Source of the DNA: Candidatus Proelusimicrobium volucris
GTDB lineage: Bacteria; Elusimicrobiota; Elusimicrobia; Elusimicrobiales; Elusimicrobiaceae
Length of the DNA stretch: 64,000 nt
Assembly: GCA_944324665.1 (NCBI GenBank)
Contig: CALUXD010000002.1
Location: 352,694 to 416,693 of the forward strand
Direction of reading: 5' to 3'
Part shown: in pieces, positions 28,124 to 37,251 of the stretch
Numbering within the stretch: position 1 is the first letter of the stretch
Layout of the letters: each line of letters opens with the position of its first letter
Notes under the pieces: model-generated
Database searches by the model: none
What the model saw: the letters and a program-made list of their open reading frames with translations, nothing else
What the model was told of the DNA's origin: nothing
Program-made: the position numbers and the translations under genes

Positions 28124-28157
28124 AAAAAGAGTCCCCCAACGGCGGGAACTCTTTTTT
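28124..28157 (-). terminator. Terminator hairpin downstream of lexA
   Basis: Minus strand reads AAAAGAGTTCCC...GGGGACTCTTTT, with one bulge, followed by a T-run. Confidence 0.6.
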
Positions 28158-28174
28158 ACCCTCTTTCCCTTTTT

Positions 28175-28780
28175 TTACAAACCTCTTTTTAACACGCTCC
28201 TAACAATCCCAGCTATCTTAAAAGATTCCTTATCGGCTATTATGGGGGCATAATGTTTATTGTCTGATACCAAAAGGACATTGCCGCTGCGTTTATCGGG
28301 GACGAAACGTTTTATCATCGTTTCGCCATTATTGGAGCAGACTATAACATCGCGCTCGCGCGGGGCGTCGTTCTTTTCCACTATTATCCAATCTTTGGGG
28401 TGTATAAGCTCCGTCATGGAATCCCCCTTCGCCTCCACCATAAATCCTTTAGATACAGGGAAATTCACCATAGATGGATCCACCGGGACAACTCTGCTAG
28501 GGGTGCCGTCTAGTATTGTACCGGCTGGGCCGCATTTGGCCATACCGTAAAGCGGCAGATAGAGGACATTATCCTCCGTATTCTTTATATAATACTGCTG
28601 GGAGTTTGCGGCGCTGCGCGTTATATAGCCTTTCTTTTCCAGCTGGGTTATATGATAGTGAACCACGCTCTTGCTGGAAATATCCATTTGCAAGGCGAGC
28701 TCTTCCATCGTGAGAGGATTATCCTGGTGTTCCTTTAGAAGTTTTAGAAGTTTCTCTTGGTTTGGATGAAGTTTCTTCAT
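28175..28780 (-). CDS. lexA: LexA repressor (S24 peptidase)
   Basis: N-terminal wHTH (ELALQMDISSKSVVHYHITQLEKKGYI). Ala-Gly cleavage-site candidate (GPAG). Catalytic GDSM serine and MIKRF lysine. SD GAGGGA. Confidence 0.85.
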   Translation of the reverse strand: MKKLHPNQEKLLKLLKEHQDNPLTMEELALQMDISSKSVVHYHITQLEKKGYITRSAANSQQYYIKNTEDNVLYLPLYGMAKCGPAGTILDGTPSRVVPVDPSMVNFPVSKGFMVEAKGDSMTELIHPKDWIIVEKNDAPRERDVIVCSNNGETMIKRFVPDKRSGNVLLVSDNKHYAPIIADKESFKIAGIVRSVLKRGL

Positions 28781-28813
28781 ACTATCCCTCTAATTGCAAA
28801 GTGAAAAGATTTT

Positions 28814-28843
28814 ATTGTTTTAATTGTTCTATATATTGTTCTA
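28814..28843 (-). promoter_or_regulatory. Direct-repeat candidate LexA operator in the lexA promoter region
   Basis: ATTGTTTTA (28814-28822), ATTGTTCTA (28823-28831) and ATTGTTCTA (28835-28843). These read (G/A)AACAAT repeats on the lexA strand, ~35-65 nt upstream of the ATG. Confidence 0.4.
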
Positions 28844-29020
28844 ATAATATAATAAAAAAATTTAATATTTGCAATATTTTTCTGGAATTATTCTGAAGAT
28901 ATCCCAAAGGTTTATATATCCTTATAAATATAGCCCGTTATAGTTTTTGGAAATATTTGCGTTTTATAGGGGGCATATTTTCTATACTGCCAATATATTT
29001 TTATACGGAATTATGAGAAT

Positions 29021-29054
29021 AAAAAAAGCCCCCGCTTGAACGGGGGCTTTTAAA
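29021..29054 (-). terminator. Rho-independent terminator of the sugar-phosphate antiporter gene
   Basis: Stem aaagcccccg / cgggggcttt with a 6-nt loop and A/T runs on both sides. Confidence 0.8.
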
Positions 29055-29064
29055 AAGACTTTTA

Positions 29065-30444
29065 TTATTTGTGGGCGTCCGGTGCAGCTTCCTTTTTCCA
29101 CGTGATGGAAATCAAGATGCCGGCTATAATACAAGCGATGATGCAGGATATAAATACACCCTGCCAACCATAATGCTTGCTTATAAACGCCGCGCCGCTT
29201 GAGGAAAGCATAGCGCCGAAGTATCCGAACATACCGGTAAAACCGCAGGCCGCGGATACGGATTCCTGGGTTACGATACGGCTGGTTTGAACTCCGCCGG
29301 CCAAGTTTTGGGGGCCGTCTACGAAGAACCCGATGAAAGCGGCCAACAAAGAAGTCCAGAAGAAAGCGTCGGTGCCGGCAACTTTATAAAATCCCCAGCA
29401 GCTGGCGGCTAAAATAGCCAAATAGATTAAGTTCATCTGGGTGCAGCGGCCCTGGAAGAATTTATCCGCCAAGTAGCCCGCTACGATACCGCCCGGCATA
29501 CCGAGGAACGGCATCCATTTCAAAGCGGAAACGGCCGCATCCTGAGCGAAGCCTCTATCTTCCACCAAGAATAAGGTACCCCAGTCCAAAGTGGCGAAAC
29601 GTACATAGTAAACGAATACGTAAGAAAGCGCCAAAGCCCACAGGAACGGGTTGGCGAATACGTGTTTTTTAAGAACTTGCCAGTGGGTAAGGCCGGTATC
29701 TTTCTTAATTGGCATAGGGTCATTTTTATATTCATCGATAGGCGGCAGACCGACGGTGGTCGGTTTATCGGTAAGGAAGAACAACAGGAAAATGCTGTAG
29801 CAGATACCCATAATTGCAGGTATGATGAACGCCATTTTCCATAAGTCGAATTTAAGTAAATATGTTATCAATACGCCGACGAAGAACGCGCCGAACGTAT
29901 GGCTGGAGGACCATAAAGTCCATTTTGTCGCCCTCTCGCTGGGGGAGAACCAATAGACCAAACCTTTAGCGACCGGAGGAAACCCCATGGATTGGAAAAT
30001 ACCGTTTAAACCCCATGCAAATGCCGCAAAGGCTACCAAGGGGATTGTCATATGGGTTTTGGCTACCCAAGCCTGCAAATCGGGCAGGAACGGAAAGGCC
30101 AAGTTTACCAACGAAGAGCAGAACAGACCCAAAGCCATTACGGATCTTATATTGCATTTATCTGCCATTACGCCGCTGAGGAACTTGCCTACGCCGTAAG
30201 TCGCGTAGATGGTCGTGCCGATAATACCTAATTGTATTACGTCAAAACCGAAATTGTCTTTAAGCGCAGGTTTTACGAAGTCAAGGTTTTTCCTTGTGAA
30301 GTAAAAGAGCGCGTAGCCGAAGTACATGCCGAAGAACATCTTTATACGCCACATCGTATATGTTCTTTTTATTACTTTTTCGTCTGTTAATCTTTGGTCA
30401 GCATCTTTGAGAGGCTTCATCCAGTTGATAAACTTTGATAACAT
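29065..30444 (-). CDS. MFS organophosphate:phosphate antiporter (GlpT/UhpC/UhpT family)
   Basis: N-terminal WRIKMFFGMYFGYALFYFTRKN pattern typical of the OPA family. 12 TM helices, ~459 aa. Confidence 0.85.
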   Translation of the reverse strand: MLSKFINWMKPLKDADQRLTDEKVIKRTYTMWRIKMFFGMYFGYALFYFTRKNLDFVKPALKDNFGFDVIQLGIIGTTIYATYGVGKFLSGVMADKCNIRSVMALGLFCSSLVNLAFPFLPDLQAWVAKTHMTIPLVAFAAFAWGLNGIFQSMGFPPVAKGLVYWFSPSERATKWTLWSSSHTFGAFFVGVLITYLLKFDLWKMAFIIPAIMGICYSIFLLFFLTDKPTTVGLPPIDEYKNDPMPIKKDTGLTHWQVLKKHVFANPFLWALALSYVFVYYVRFATLDWGTLFLVEDRGFAQDAAVSALKWMPFLGMPGGIVAGYLADKFFQGRCTQMNLIYLAILAASCWGFYKVAGTDAFFWTSLLAAFIGFFVDGPQNLAGGVQTSRIVTQESVSAACGFTGMFGYFGAMLSSSGAAFISKHYGWQGVFISCIIACIIAGILISITWKKEAAPDAHK

Positions 30445-30680
30445 ACTTTCTCCTGTCTATAATATACAAGAACAAGACAAAACAAACACAAAACATCATT
30501 ATCCCCGCAGTTGGCGAGAAGTAAGCCTTTCTTTTGCCTTGTTGTTGTGTCTACAAAAAGAATTGTAACATAATATAGCCCCAAATACAAACAACTTTTT
30601 TATTTAAATTACCGTCGTCAAAAGCGATAAAAAAAGGTCCTATTGATTTTTCCCGCCCTATTTGATAACTTTATCGTTAT

Positions 30681-31409
30681 ATGTTACAGGAAGCCATAAA
30701 AACTATTAAGAACGCCAAAGCGCTTGTCGCTTTTACGGGTGCGGGTATTTCCGTGGAGAGCGGCATTCCCCCCTTCCGCGGCGCGGGCGGGCTGTGGGAA
30801 CGTTACGACCCTTCCGCCATTGATATCGATTTCTTTTACTCTAATCCAAAAGAGTCTTGGCGCGAGATGAAAAAGATTTTTTTCAATTCCATGGGGCAGG
30901 CCGAACCAAATACCGCACATAAAGTCCTTGCCGATTGGGAAAAAAAGGGCCTGCTTAAAGGGATAATAACGCAGAATATTGATAATTTGCACCAGCGGGC
31001 GGGCAGCGTCAACGTAAAAGAGTTCCACGGTACGATAAATTATTTGCTGTGTACCGGCTGCGGGAAGCGCTATCATTTGGGTGAAGTCGATTTGAATGCG
31101 GAACTGCCGTCGTGCAAAGCGTGCGGCGCTTTTCTTAAACCTGATTTTATATTTTATGGAGAGGGTATCAATCCTAAGGTATATCAGGAAAGTTTGGATT
31201 TGGCCTACACTGCCGACGTTATGCTTGTAATAGGTACATCCGGCGAGGTAATGCCCGCGTGCGCCCTGCCGTTGACGGCTAAGCAAAACGGGGCTAAAAT
31301 AATAGAGATAAACACCCTGCCCTCTACCTATACCGATTCGATATCGGATTTTTACTTCGAACGTAAGGCGGGCGAGTTGTTTGGGGAGATTGCAAAAGTC
31401 TTTAGATAA
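30681..31409 (+). CDS. cobB: NAD-dependent protein deacylase, Sir2 family (CobB)
   Basis: GAGISVESGIPPFRG, QNIDNLH, the Zn ribbon CTGCG...CKACG, and a GTSG motif. Confidence 0.9.
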   Translation: MLQEAIKTIKNAKALVAFTGAGISVESGIPPFRGAGGLWERYDPSAIDIDFFYSNPKESWREMKKIFFNSMGQAEPNTAHKVLADWEKKGLLKGIITQNIDNLHQRAGSVNVKEFHGTINYLLCTGCGKRYHLGEVDLNAELPSCKACGAFLKPDFIFYGEGINPKVYQESLDLAYTADVMLVIGTSGEVMPACALPLTAKQNGAKIIEINTLPSTYTDSISDFYFERKAGELFGEIAKVFR

Positions 31410-31465
31410 ATTGTATATTTTAAATTCCACAGGCCCTGCCCTTACCCCCGGCGGGGCCACCCATT

Positions 31466-31500
31466 AAAAACCCGGCTTGAATTAACAAGCCGGGTTTTTT
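31466..31500. terminator. Bidirectional terminator between convergent cobB and cdd
   Basis: 14-bp stem aaaaacccggcttg / caagccgggttttt with a 6-nt loop. Confidence 0.85.
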
Positions 31501-31510
31501 AGGAGAAATT

Positions 31511-31969
31511 TTACTTTTTCGTTTTCTTTTTTGATGTTTTCTCCAAGGCCTTAGGAGTGAAAGGGAAAGGATAGAAATCCTTTAATTTCCTGCAGGATAT
31601 CCGCGCCGGTTTACCCGATGATAAATCGGCCGTACATATCGGCATATCGGGTTTTGCAAATTCCGCCATAACCTGCCTGCATGCTCCGCAAGGCGTGCTT
31701 AAAGGGCCTAAATCTTTTTGGCTGAAAACTATTACCAATGCCTTTATTTCCCGCTCGCCTGACACTACCGCGGAGAAGATGGCGTTCCTTTCCGCGCATA
31801 CCGTAAGGCCGTAGGAGGCATTTTCTATATTGGTGCCTCTGTATATTTTTCCGCTTTCGGCCAGGACCGCGGCGCCCACTTTAAATTTTGAGTAAGGAGA
31901 GTAAGAATTATTCATAGCCTGCGCCGCGTTTGATAGTAATTCGTCCAAAAGCTTTTTGGAAAGTTTCAT
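31511..31969 (-). CDS. cdd: Cytidine deaminase (homotetrameric type)
   Basis: CAERNAI and PCGACRQ zinc motifs. ~150 aa. Confidence 0.9.
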   Translation of the reverse strand: MKLSKKLLDELLSNAAQAMNNSYSPYSKFKVGAAVLAESGKIYRGTNIENASYGLTVCAERNAIFSAVVSGEREIKALVIVFSQKDLGPLSTPCGACRQVMAEFAKPDMPICTADLSSGKPARISCRKLKDFYPFPFTPKALEKTSKKKTKK

Positions 31970-32048
31970 AAATACGCTCCTTGTTTAAGTGTCTTTAGAT
32001 TATAGCATAAAGAGCGTAAATTTTTTAAACAATATCGTATCGGAGAAT

Positions 32049-33110
32049 TTAAATTTTCTGGAGCGTTGCTTTTGCTATTTCTTCCCAAGGAAGTTCCGAA
32101 AATTCGTCCGGCGCCTGCAGTATCGTCGCCTTATCGGATAAAGGCGCCCATACTTTTTGGTTGGCCTTGTCGCTTGCCTTGTATATACAAATTTGTTTTT
32201 TGTCCAGAGCCGCAGCCGCGTGTACGAAAGCCGTATCGGGCGTTATCAGCAAATCGCTGACGGCCAGTATAGCGAAGTTCATAAATAGATTATCTTGGGG
32301 CGTTATAAATAGATTATTTGCTTGTATCCGATTGGCCAGCGCTTCGGTTTTGGCGTGCTGCCCCAGCAAAATTATATTGTATTTATCCAATGCGGCACAA
32401 AGCGCTTTGATTTGAGTTTCCCCCAAGCAGCGGTGTTTGCTTGCCGCAAAAGCGTTTAAGGCGATATTGCCTTTTTTGTGAGGCAGTTTGGAAAAATATT
32501 TTAGAACTTCTTTTTTTAGAGCATTGGGTACAAATAAATCATAAGATATGTTTTGGGGCTTTTCCAAGCGTAAAGTCCTAAACATAGCTTGGTGCCACGC
32601 CGTTATATGGGAGCCGTCCAAATCAAATGTACAGCCTAGATTATAGGATTTAAACTCCCCTCTATTAAACCCGAACGCGAAACGAGGATTTATAAGCCTT
32701 AGCAGGAGCAAGGTGTCAAAAGTGGGGTGTTTATCCATATCTATGTATAAATCTATATTTTGGCGCCTTAGGGCTAAGCCCGTTTTGATTATCGGCCACA
32801 GGCCTTTTTTGCATATTATTATTTGGGATATATTGCGATTGTTTTCTATTATTTGCGCCGAGGCGGGCCCCGCTATTACGGTTATTTCCGCTTTGGGCAG
32901 GGCTTTTTTAATTTCCCTAAAGGCAACGGTGTTGACTATCATATCGCCGAGTTTGTTATCGTTTCTCAAAAATACGATTTTCTTTATGGTCTTTAGCTGG
33001 TGGGGCGTAAATCTGTTTTTGTTTTTTTTGTCAAAAAGGAATTTGCCCGCTTTGGCTTTAAGCCCGCGCAAATACAAATTTTTTCTTCTGTTCCATTCTC
33101 TGAAGGTCAT
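32049..33110 (-). CDS. Glycosyltransferase family 9 (LPS heptosyltransferase-like)
   Basis: GT9 layout: N-terminal ...LRNDNKLGDMIV..., C-terminal ...TPDTAFVHAAAAL. ~350 aa. Confidence 0.8.
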   Translation of the reverse strand: MTFREWNRRKNLYLRGLKAKAGKFLFDKKNKNRFTPHQLKTIKKIVFLRNDNKLGDMIVNTVAFREIKKALPKAEITVIAGPASAQIIENNRNISQIIICKKGLWPIIKTGLALRRQNIDLYIDMDKHPTFDTLLLLRLINPRFAFGFNRGEFKSYNLGCTFDLDGSHITAWHQAMFRTLRLEKPQNISYDLFVPNALKKEVLKYFSKLPHKKGNIALNAFAASKHRCLGETQIKALCAALDKYNIILLGQHAKTEALANRIQANNLFITPQDNLFMNFAILAVSDLLITPDTAFVHAAAALDKKQICIYKASDKANQKVWAPLSDKATILQAPDEFSELPWEEIAKATLQKI

Positions 33111-33121
33111 AATAACCGATA

Positions 33122-34156
33122 TTATATCTTATTATGAAGCAGCTTTCGTATGGAAGCAACAGCCTTTTCAACGGGGAGGGCTTTTATTTCTTTTACTGGA
33201 GCACTGGCCGATATCTCCGATTGAATGGCTATGGCATTATCGGCTTTCAGCGGAGCAAACAGTTTAAAGTTTCTTTCCCATCCCGAATAAAAAGCGAGCA
33301 AGTCTTTGCGATAGGCGCAGGCTATATGTACGGCGGCGCTGTCGACGGAGATAATCATATCGGTGTTTTTTATTAAAGCGAAGAATTCTTCCGTACTCAG
33401 CGGCGGCGTTTGCGAGGGGCGGAGATCCCGTAAAACGGATATGTATTCCGCCGAATCTCTTGTAAAGGGAATAATTAGATTTACTTGATCTTCTTTCCCC
33501 TCAAAAGCGGATTTTAAAATTTCCCGTATTTCTTCCAGGTTAATTTTTCTGTCCGTACCGCTTGGGCTAAGAACGATGTTGGCTTTCTCTTTGTGTAAGA
33601 GTTTTTTCGCCTTCTCCTCACATTCTTTTGGAATTTCAGGCAAAGAATATTCGGGATCGGCGGTTTTGATATAAGGTTTTAACGGAGTCAGTTCCAGGCT
33701 TTTGCTTAGATGTGTCCGCGCCAAATCGGGAATGTAATAATCTATGTTTTGTATGGTGTTTATGTTGTAATATTTTTTCTCTTTCTTCTGGAAAGAGATT
33801 GTATATTTAGGTTTTAAAATGAAATCAAAAATTATATTTCTTGTAGTAAACGATGGAATGTAATCTATGAATATCTGCCATTTCCCGCGGTTGGAGAAAT
33901 AGCCGATAAAATTGTCTTTTATGACTTTGTCTACGAAGGGATTGTTTCTGAAAACAATTTCGTTTCTTTTGACTGCTAAAACCCCCGTTTTAATATTAGG
34001 ATAGGCCTCTTTAAGCTGTTTTAAAACGGCGGTTAATATAACGGCGTCGCCAAGGCCGGTGCCGATAGGACGGATAAGCACGGATTTTATCGAGGAGAAA
34101 TCAAAATCTTCAAATTTCTTTTTTCTGGCGAATATTTTTGAGATTATAGCTTTCAC
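33122..34156 (-). CDS. Glycosyltransferase family 9 (LPS heptosyltransferase-like)
   Basis: IRPIGTGLGDAVILTAVLKQLK N-terminal motif and ISVDSAAVHIACA C-terminal motif typical of GT9. Confidence 0.75.
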   Translation of the reverse strand: MKAIISKIFARKKKFEDFDFSSIKSVLIRPIGTGLGDAVILTAVLKQLKEAYPNIKTGVLAVKRNEIVFRNNPFVDKVIKDNFIGYFSNRGKWQIFIDYIPSFTTRNIIFDFILKPKYTISFQKKEKKYYNINTIQNIDYYIPDLARTHLSKSLELTPLKPYIKTADPEYSLPEIPKECEEKAKKLLHKEKANIVLSPSGTDRKINLEEIREILKSAFEGKEDQVNLIIPFTRDSAEYISVLRDLRPSQTPPLSTEEFFALIKNTDMIISVDSAAVHIACAYRKDLLAFYSGWERNFKLFAPLKADNAIAIQSEISASAPVKEIKALPVEKAVASIRKLLHNKI

Positions 34157-34317
34157 TTTTTTTTCTCCTCAGGTAATATTTGGGATATTTTAGGAAATAG
34201 CAGATGTCGTCAAACAGCAAGGCGCTGTCGAACAATAGTGTTTGCCTAAAATCCAATATGGTTCTTGGGCCGTGAATATTTCTTGGGTAATTATTGTATT
34301 TTATTCTGTTCGTTTTA

Positions 34318-34418
34318 AACCTGTTTTTGTTTTTTTTGTCAAAAAGGAATTTGCCCATTTTAGCTTTAAGCCCGCGCAGGTAGAGGTTTTTTCTTCTGTT
34401 GCATTCTCTGAAGGACAT
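34318..34418 (-). pseudogene. 5' remnant of a GT9 gene, duplicating the first ~34 codons of the 32049-33110 gene
   Basis: ~101 bp align to 33010-33110 with 11 mismatches by hand alignment (MSFRECNRRKNLYLRGLKAKMGKFLFDKKNKNRF vs MTFREWNRRKNLYLRGLKAKAGKFLFDKKNKNRF). Similarity stops after that, and the ORF runs into the next gene. Confidence 0.6.
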
Positions 34419-34430
34419 AAAGTTAATATC

Positions 34431-35423
34431 TTATATTTTTTTAATCATTTTGTTGTAATAGTTTCTGTATTGTTTTTTTATGTAATGAAAAAATATCTTA
34501 GCAAATATATTCTTACGATATTTATAATATAGGGCCATTTTCGGGGTTATAATATTATTATCCGTTAAATAACGGATAAGCTTTTCCGGAGGTAGTTTTT
34601 CTTTCGCTTTTTTAGAAACAAATTTAGTATGATTTGTTATTGCGTTTCCCACGCTTTGAAAGAAGTAGACTTTACGCAAATAATCGTTTGTTTCGGAAAA
34701 ATGTTTATATACTTTTAGCCAATTGGTTAAATTCTCAATAGAAATACTGGTGCTCTCATTAAAACTGTCTTGTCCTTTATGCAATCTGTAAAAGATACAA
34801 TTCCCATCAACAAATATTATTGCCTTGCCTACTTTCATAGTTTCTATCATCATAGGCCAATCAAAAATCTTGCCAAACTTTTTTTGAAGCAGTGAGATAT
34901 CCGCATTTTTATAGAACTCTGATTTGATAATGCTGCCACTCCAAGAAGGTGACGGTGACGTCCAAAAACCTAGGGCAAAATCGGCCTGATTGTCTATAAG
35001 ATAATGTTTGTCGTTAAGACTTCTAGGCATAGTATATTCTTTTGGTGGGATATTGGTATAAAAACAGAAAGATTTAGCACTTATAAAAGATATATCCCGG
35101 TATTTAGTTAAAGCTTTTAAGGCGAGGCCCAAATATTGCGGGTGGATTAAATCGTCATCGTGCAATACCATAGTATAGGGCTTAGACATCAAACTTTGCG
35201 CCGTTATAAAATTGGCGAAAGGTTTATCGGGCTGAGTGCGTATATACTTTACTTGCGGATAGTTTTTGATAAATTCTTCTGTTTTGTCGTCGGTAGAGTT
35301 ATCCAGCAGAAAAATATCGCCTAGGCTTTTTTGCGCCAAAACGCTTTCAAGCGCCTGTCTGCACATTGCGGGGCGGTTTCTGGTAAAAATAAAAATTTCT
35401 ATGTCTTTGGAAGTAAAAGCCAT
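34431..35423 (-). CDS. Glycosyltransferase family 2
   Basis: GT-A motifs: IFTRNRPAMCRQALESVLAQ, LLDNSTDD, LHDDDLI. Confidence 0.8.
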   Translation of the reverse strand: MAFTSKDIEIFIFTRNRPAMCRQALESVLAQKSLGDIFLLDNSTDDKTEEFIKNYPQVKYIRTQPDKPFANFITAQSLMSKPYTMVLHDDDLIHPQYLGLALKALTKYRDISFISAKSFCFYTNIPPKEYTMPRSLNDKHYLIDNQADFALGFWTSPSPSWSGSIIKSEFYKNADISLLQKKFGKIFDWPMMIETMKVGKAIIFVDGNCIFYRLHKGQDSFNESTSISIENLTNWLKVYKHFSETNDYLRKVYFFQSVGNAITNHTKFVSKKAKEKLPPEKLIRYLTDNNIITPKMALYYKYRKNIFAKIFFHYIKKQYRNYYNKMIKKI

Positions 35424-36275
35424 TTAAATCTCCGTTGTTTTGGCGAGATATTCGTAAAATCTTTTTATGCCGTCCTCGTATGAGGTAAACTTGAAATCGG
35501 GCAGTTCCGCTTTCAGCAGGGCGTTATCGCCCGTATATTCATTGGCCAGGCCTTCTTTGGCGGATATAATCTCGCTTTTGTAAGAAGATATTTTGTTTAT
35601 TGTTTGCGCGATTTCCATAAGCGATATGCCTTTGTCGGGCGTTATGTTGATAAACCTCGCTTTTGGCTTTTTTTCAATGAAGCGCAGTACTATTTCGCAT
35701 AAATCTTCTACGGGGATATAGTCAAATACGACATTTTGGCGCATAGTTATCGGTTTATGCGCCAAGTTGCATTTTGAGGCGTGTGTTATAAATCTGGAGT
35801 CAAACTCATACGGCCCGTAAACGCCAAACAACCTTAAATTAAGTACATTGGGGTATTTTTGTATTTCTTGGCTTATTTTGTATTTGGCGCGGCCGTATAA
35901 ATCTTTGGGGATAACTTCCCCCCATTGGCTTTCCTTGATTTTTTTTATCGGGCGGCTTTTGTCGTATTCCGCGCCCGAGCCGAAGGTTATTATATCGCGC
36001 CCGTCGGCCGCTTTGACGAAGTTTTCAAATATGGCCAAGTTCTTTCCTTCAATGTCCGAGGGTATGTTTTTAGGGTCGCTTATTCCGTAAAAGCCGGAAA
36101 GTATGTATAAATCGGGCTGATAGGTATCGGCCAAAGCCTTTACGGTTTTAGCGTTGGTAAAGTCGTAGTCTTTGCTTTTTGGCGCGATTAGTTTAAAGTT
36201 TTTATCTTCCAAGAAGGGTTTTAAATTGCGCCCCACAAATCCGCCTGCGCCGGTCATTAATATTGTTTTACGCAT
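35424..36275 (-). CDS. NAD(P)-dependent sugar epimerase/reductase (extended SDR)
   Basis: Rossmann motif TGAGGFVGRNL and catalytic YGRAK. Confidence 0.8.
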   Translation of the reverse strand: MRKTILMTGAGGFVGRNLKPFLEDKNFKLIAPKSKDYDFTNAKTVKALADTYQPDLYILSGFYGISDPKNIPSDIEGKNLAIFENFVKAADGRDIITFGSGAEYDKSRPIKKIKESQWGEVIPKDLYGRAKYKISQEIQKYPNVLNLRLFGVYGPYEFDSRFITHASKCNLAHKPITMRQNVVFDYIPVEDLCEIVLRFIEKKPKARFINITPDKGISLMEIAQTINKISSYKSEIISAKEGLANEYTGDNALLKAELPDFKFTSYEDGIKRFYEYLAKTTEI

Positions 36276-36278
36276 AAA

Positions 36279-37250
36279 TCATCTCTTTTTAGGCCATATT
36301 TTGGTTTTTATGAAATAGAACAGCCTTATGTTTATCCCTTTGTCGGTTCTATAAAACCATATTATGGGATTTTTGCTCAATATGTATTTAAATACCGCCA
36401 ATATAAGGAGCAGTTTCTTTTTAAAACCAACCGCCATAAAAATATCGCATAAATTTTGTATTTTGAAAGGAGGCCAGCCCATAAAATCATTCATAGAACC
36501 GAAAAAATTCTTTCCCAAAACCAACACATCAAAACATTGTTCCCTTAATTTTTTATCTTTTATCATTCTGTAAGAGTCTATATATCCCCATAGCAAACTG
36601 AATGTATTTGTCCTATAAAACAAGTCTTTATTTTCTTTTTTGACTTGATGGGATTTTTCCTCGCTGGATTGTAATACAAGCCTGCCTTGCGGAATGAAGA
36701 TTTTTCCTTCCTCATTTATTATTTTGCAGGAAAGAGCGTGAAACGGGAATAAATTATAAGCCATCATATACGCATTTCTTATAACGGTATCGGTTATGTG
36801 CTTAGTATTGTATATGGCGCTGGGCAGGAAGCACATTTCGTTTAAAAGATATGGTATCTCCTCGCTTCTGAAGTTTGGGGTATGGCTTGTCATTATTATG
36901 TCATAGTCCAGCTCTATGGCTTTTTCCACTTCGTTCCAAGCGGACCAGTTATAATTGTCGTCGTCGCAAAGTATCCACAGATATTGTTTTGAAGCGGTTT
37001 CCATGGCTTTGATTATATTTCCGCTTAAGCCCGCGTTGTATTTGTTCTTTATGTGTTTCAGGTTTCCGTATTCTTTGCGATAGGCTTTAACTATTGCGGC
37101 GGTGCCGTCGGTGGAGTTATTATCCAAAACGGTAATGTCAAAATCTTTTACGGGCGAATTATCGGCCAGCAGCTGTTTTAGGGTAGCGTCCAAAAAATTG
37201 GCCCTGTTATAGGTTATTACTATTATTTGCAGTTTGTTTTTTATAGACAT
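36279..37250 (-). CDS. Glycosyltransferase family 2
   Basis: VITYNRANFLDATLKQLL, VLDNNSTDGT, and a CDDDNY DxD-type motif. Confidence 0.8.
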   Translation of the reverse strand: MSIKNKLQIIVITYNRANFLDATLKQLLADNSPVKDFDITVLDNNSTDGTAAIVKAYRKEYGNLKHIKNKYNAGLSGNIIKAMETASKQYLWILCDDDNYNWSAWNEVEKAIELDYDIIMTSHTPNFRSEEIPYLLNEMCFLPSAIYNTKHITDTVIRNAYMMAYNLFPFHALSCKIINEEGKIFIPQGRLVLQSSEEKSHQVKKENKDLFYRTNTFSLLWGYIDSYRMIKDKKLREQCFDVLVLGKNFFGSMNDFMGWPPFKIQNLCDIFMAVGFKKKLLLILAVFKYILSKNPIIWFYRTDKGINIRLFYFIKTKIWPKKR

Positions 37251-37251
37251 T

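Noticed and set aside
30684-31460. 258-aa minus-strand ORF spanning all of cobB
   Set aside because: The plus-strand frame has unambiguous Sir2 motifs. The antisense product is Arg/Gly/Phe-rich and has no SD or motif.
34110-34418. 102-aa ORF treated as an intact gene
   Set aside because: Only its first ~34 codons resemble anything (the GT9 N-terminus). The rest is low-complexity and overlaps the start of the next GT9 gene by 47 nt. I called it a remnant instead.
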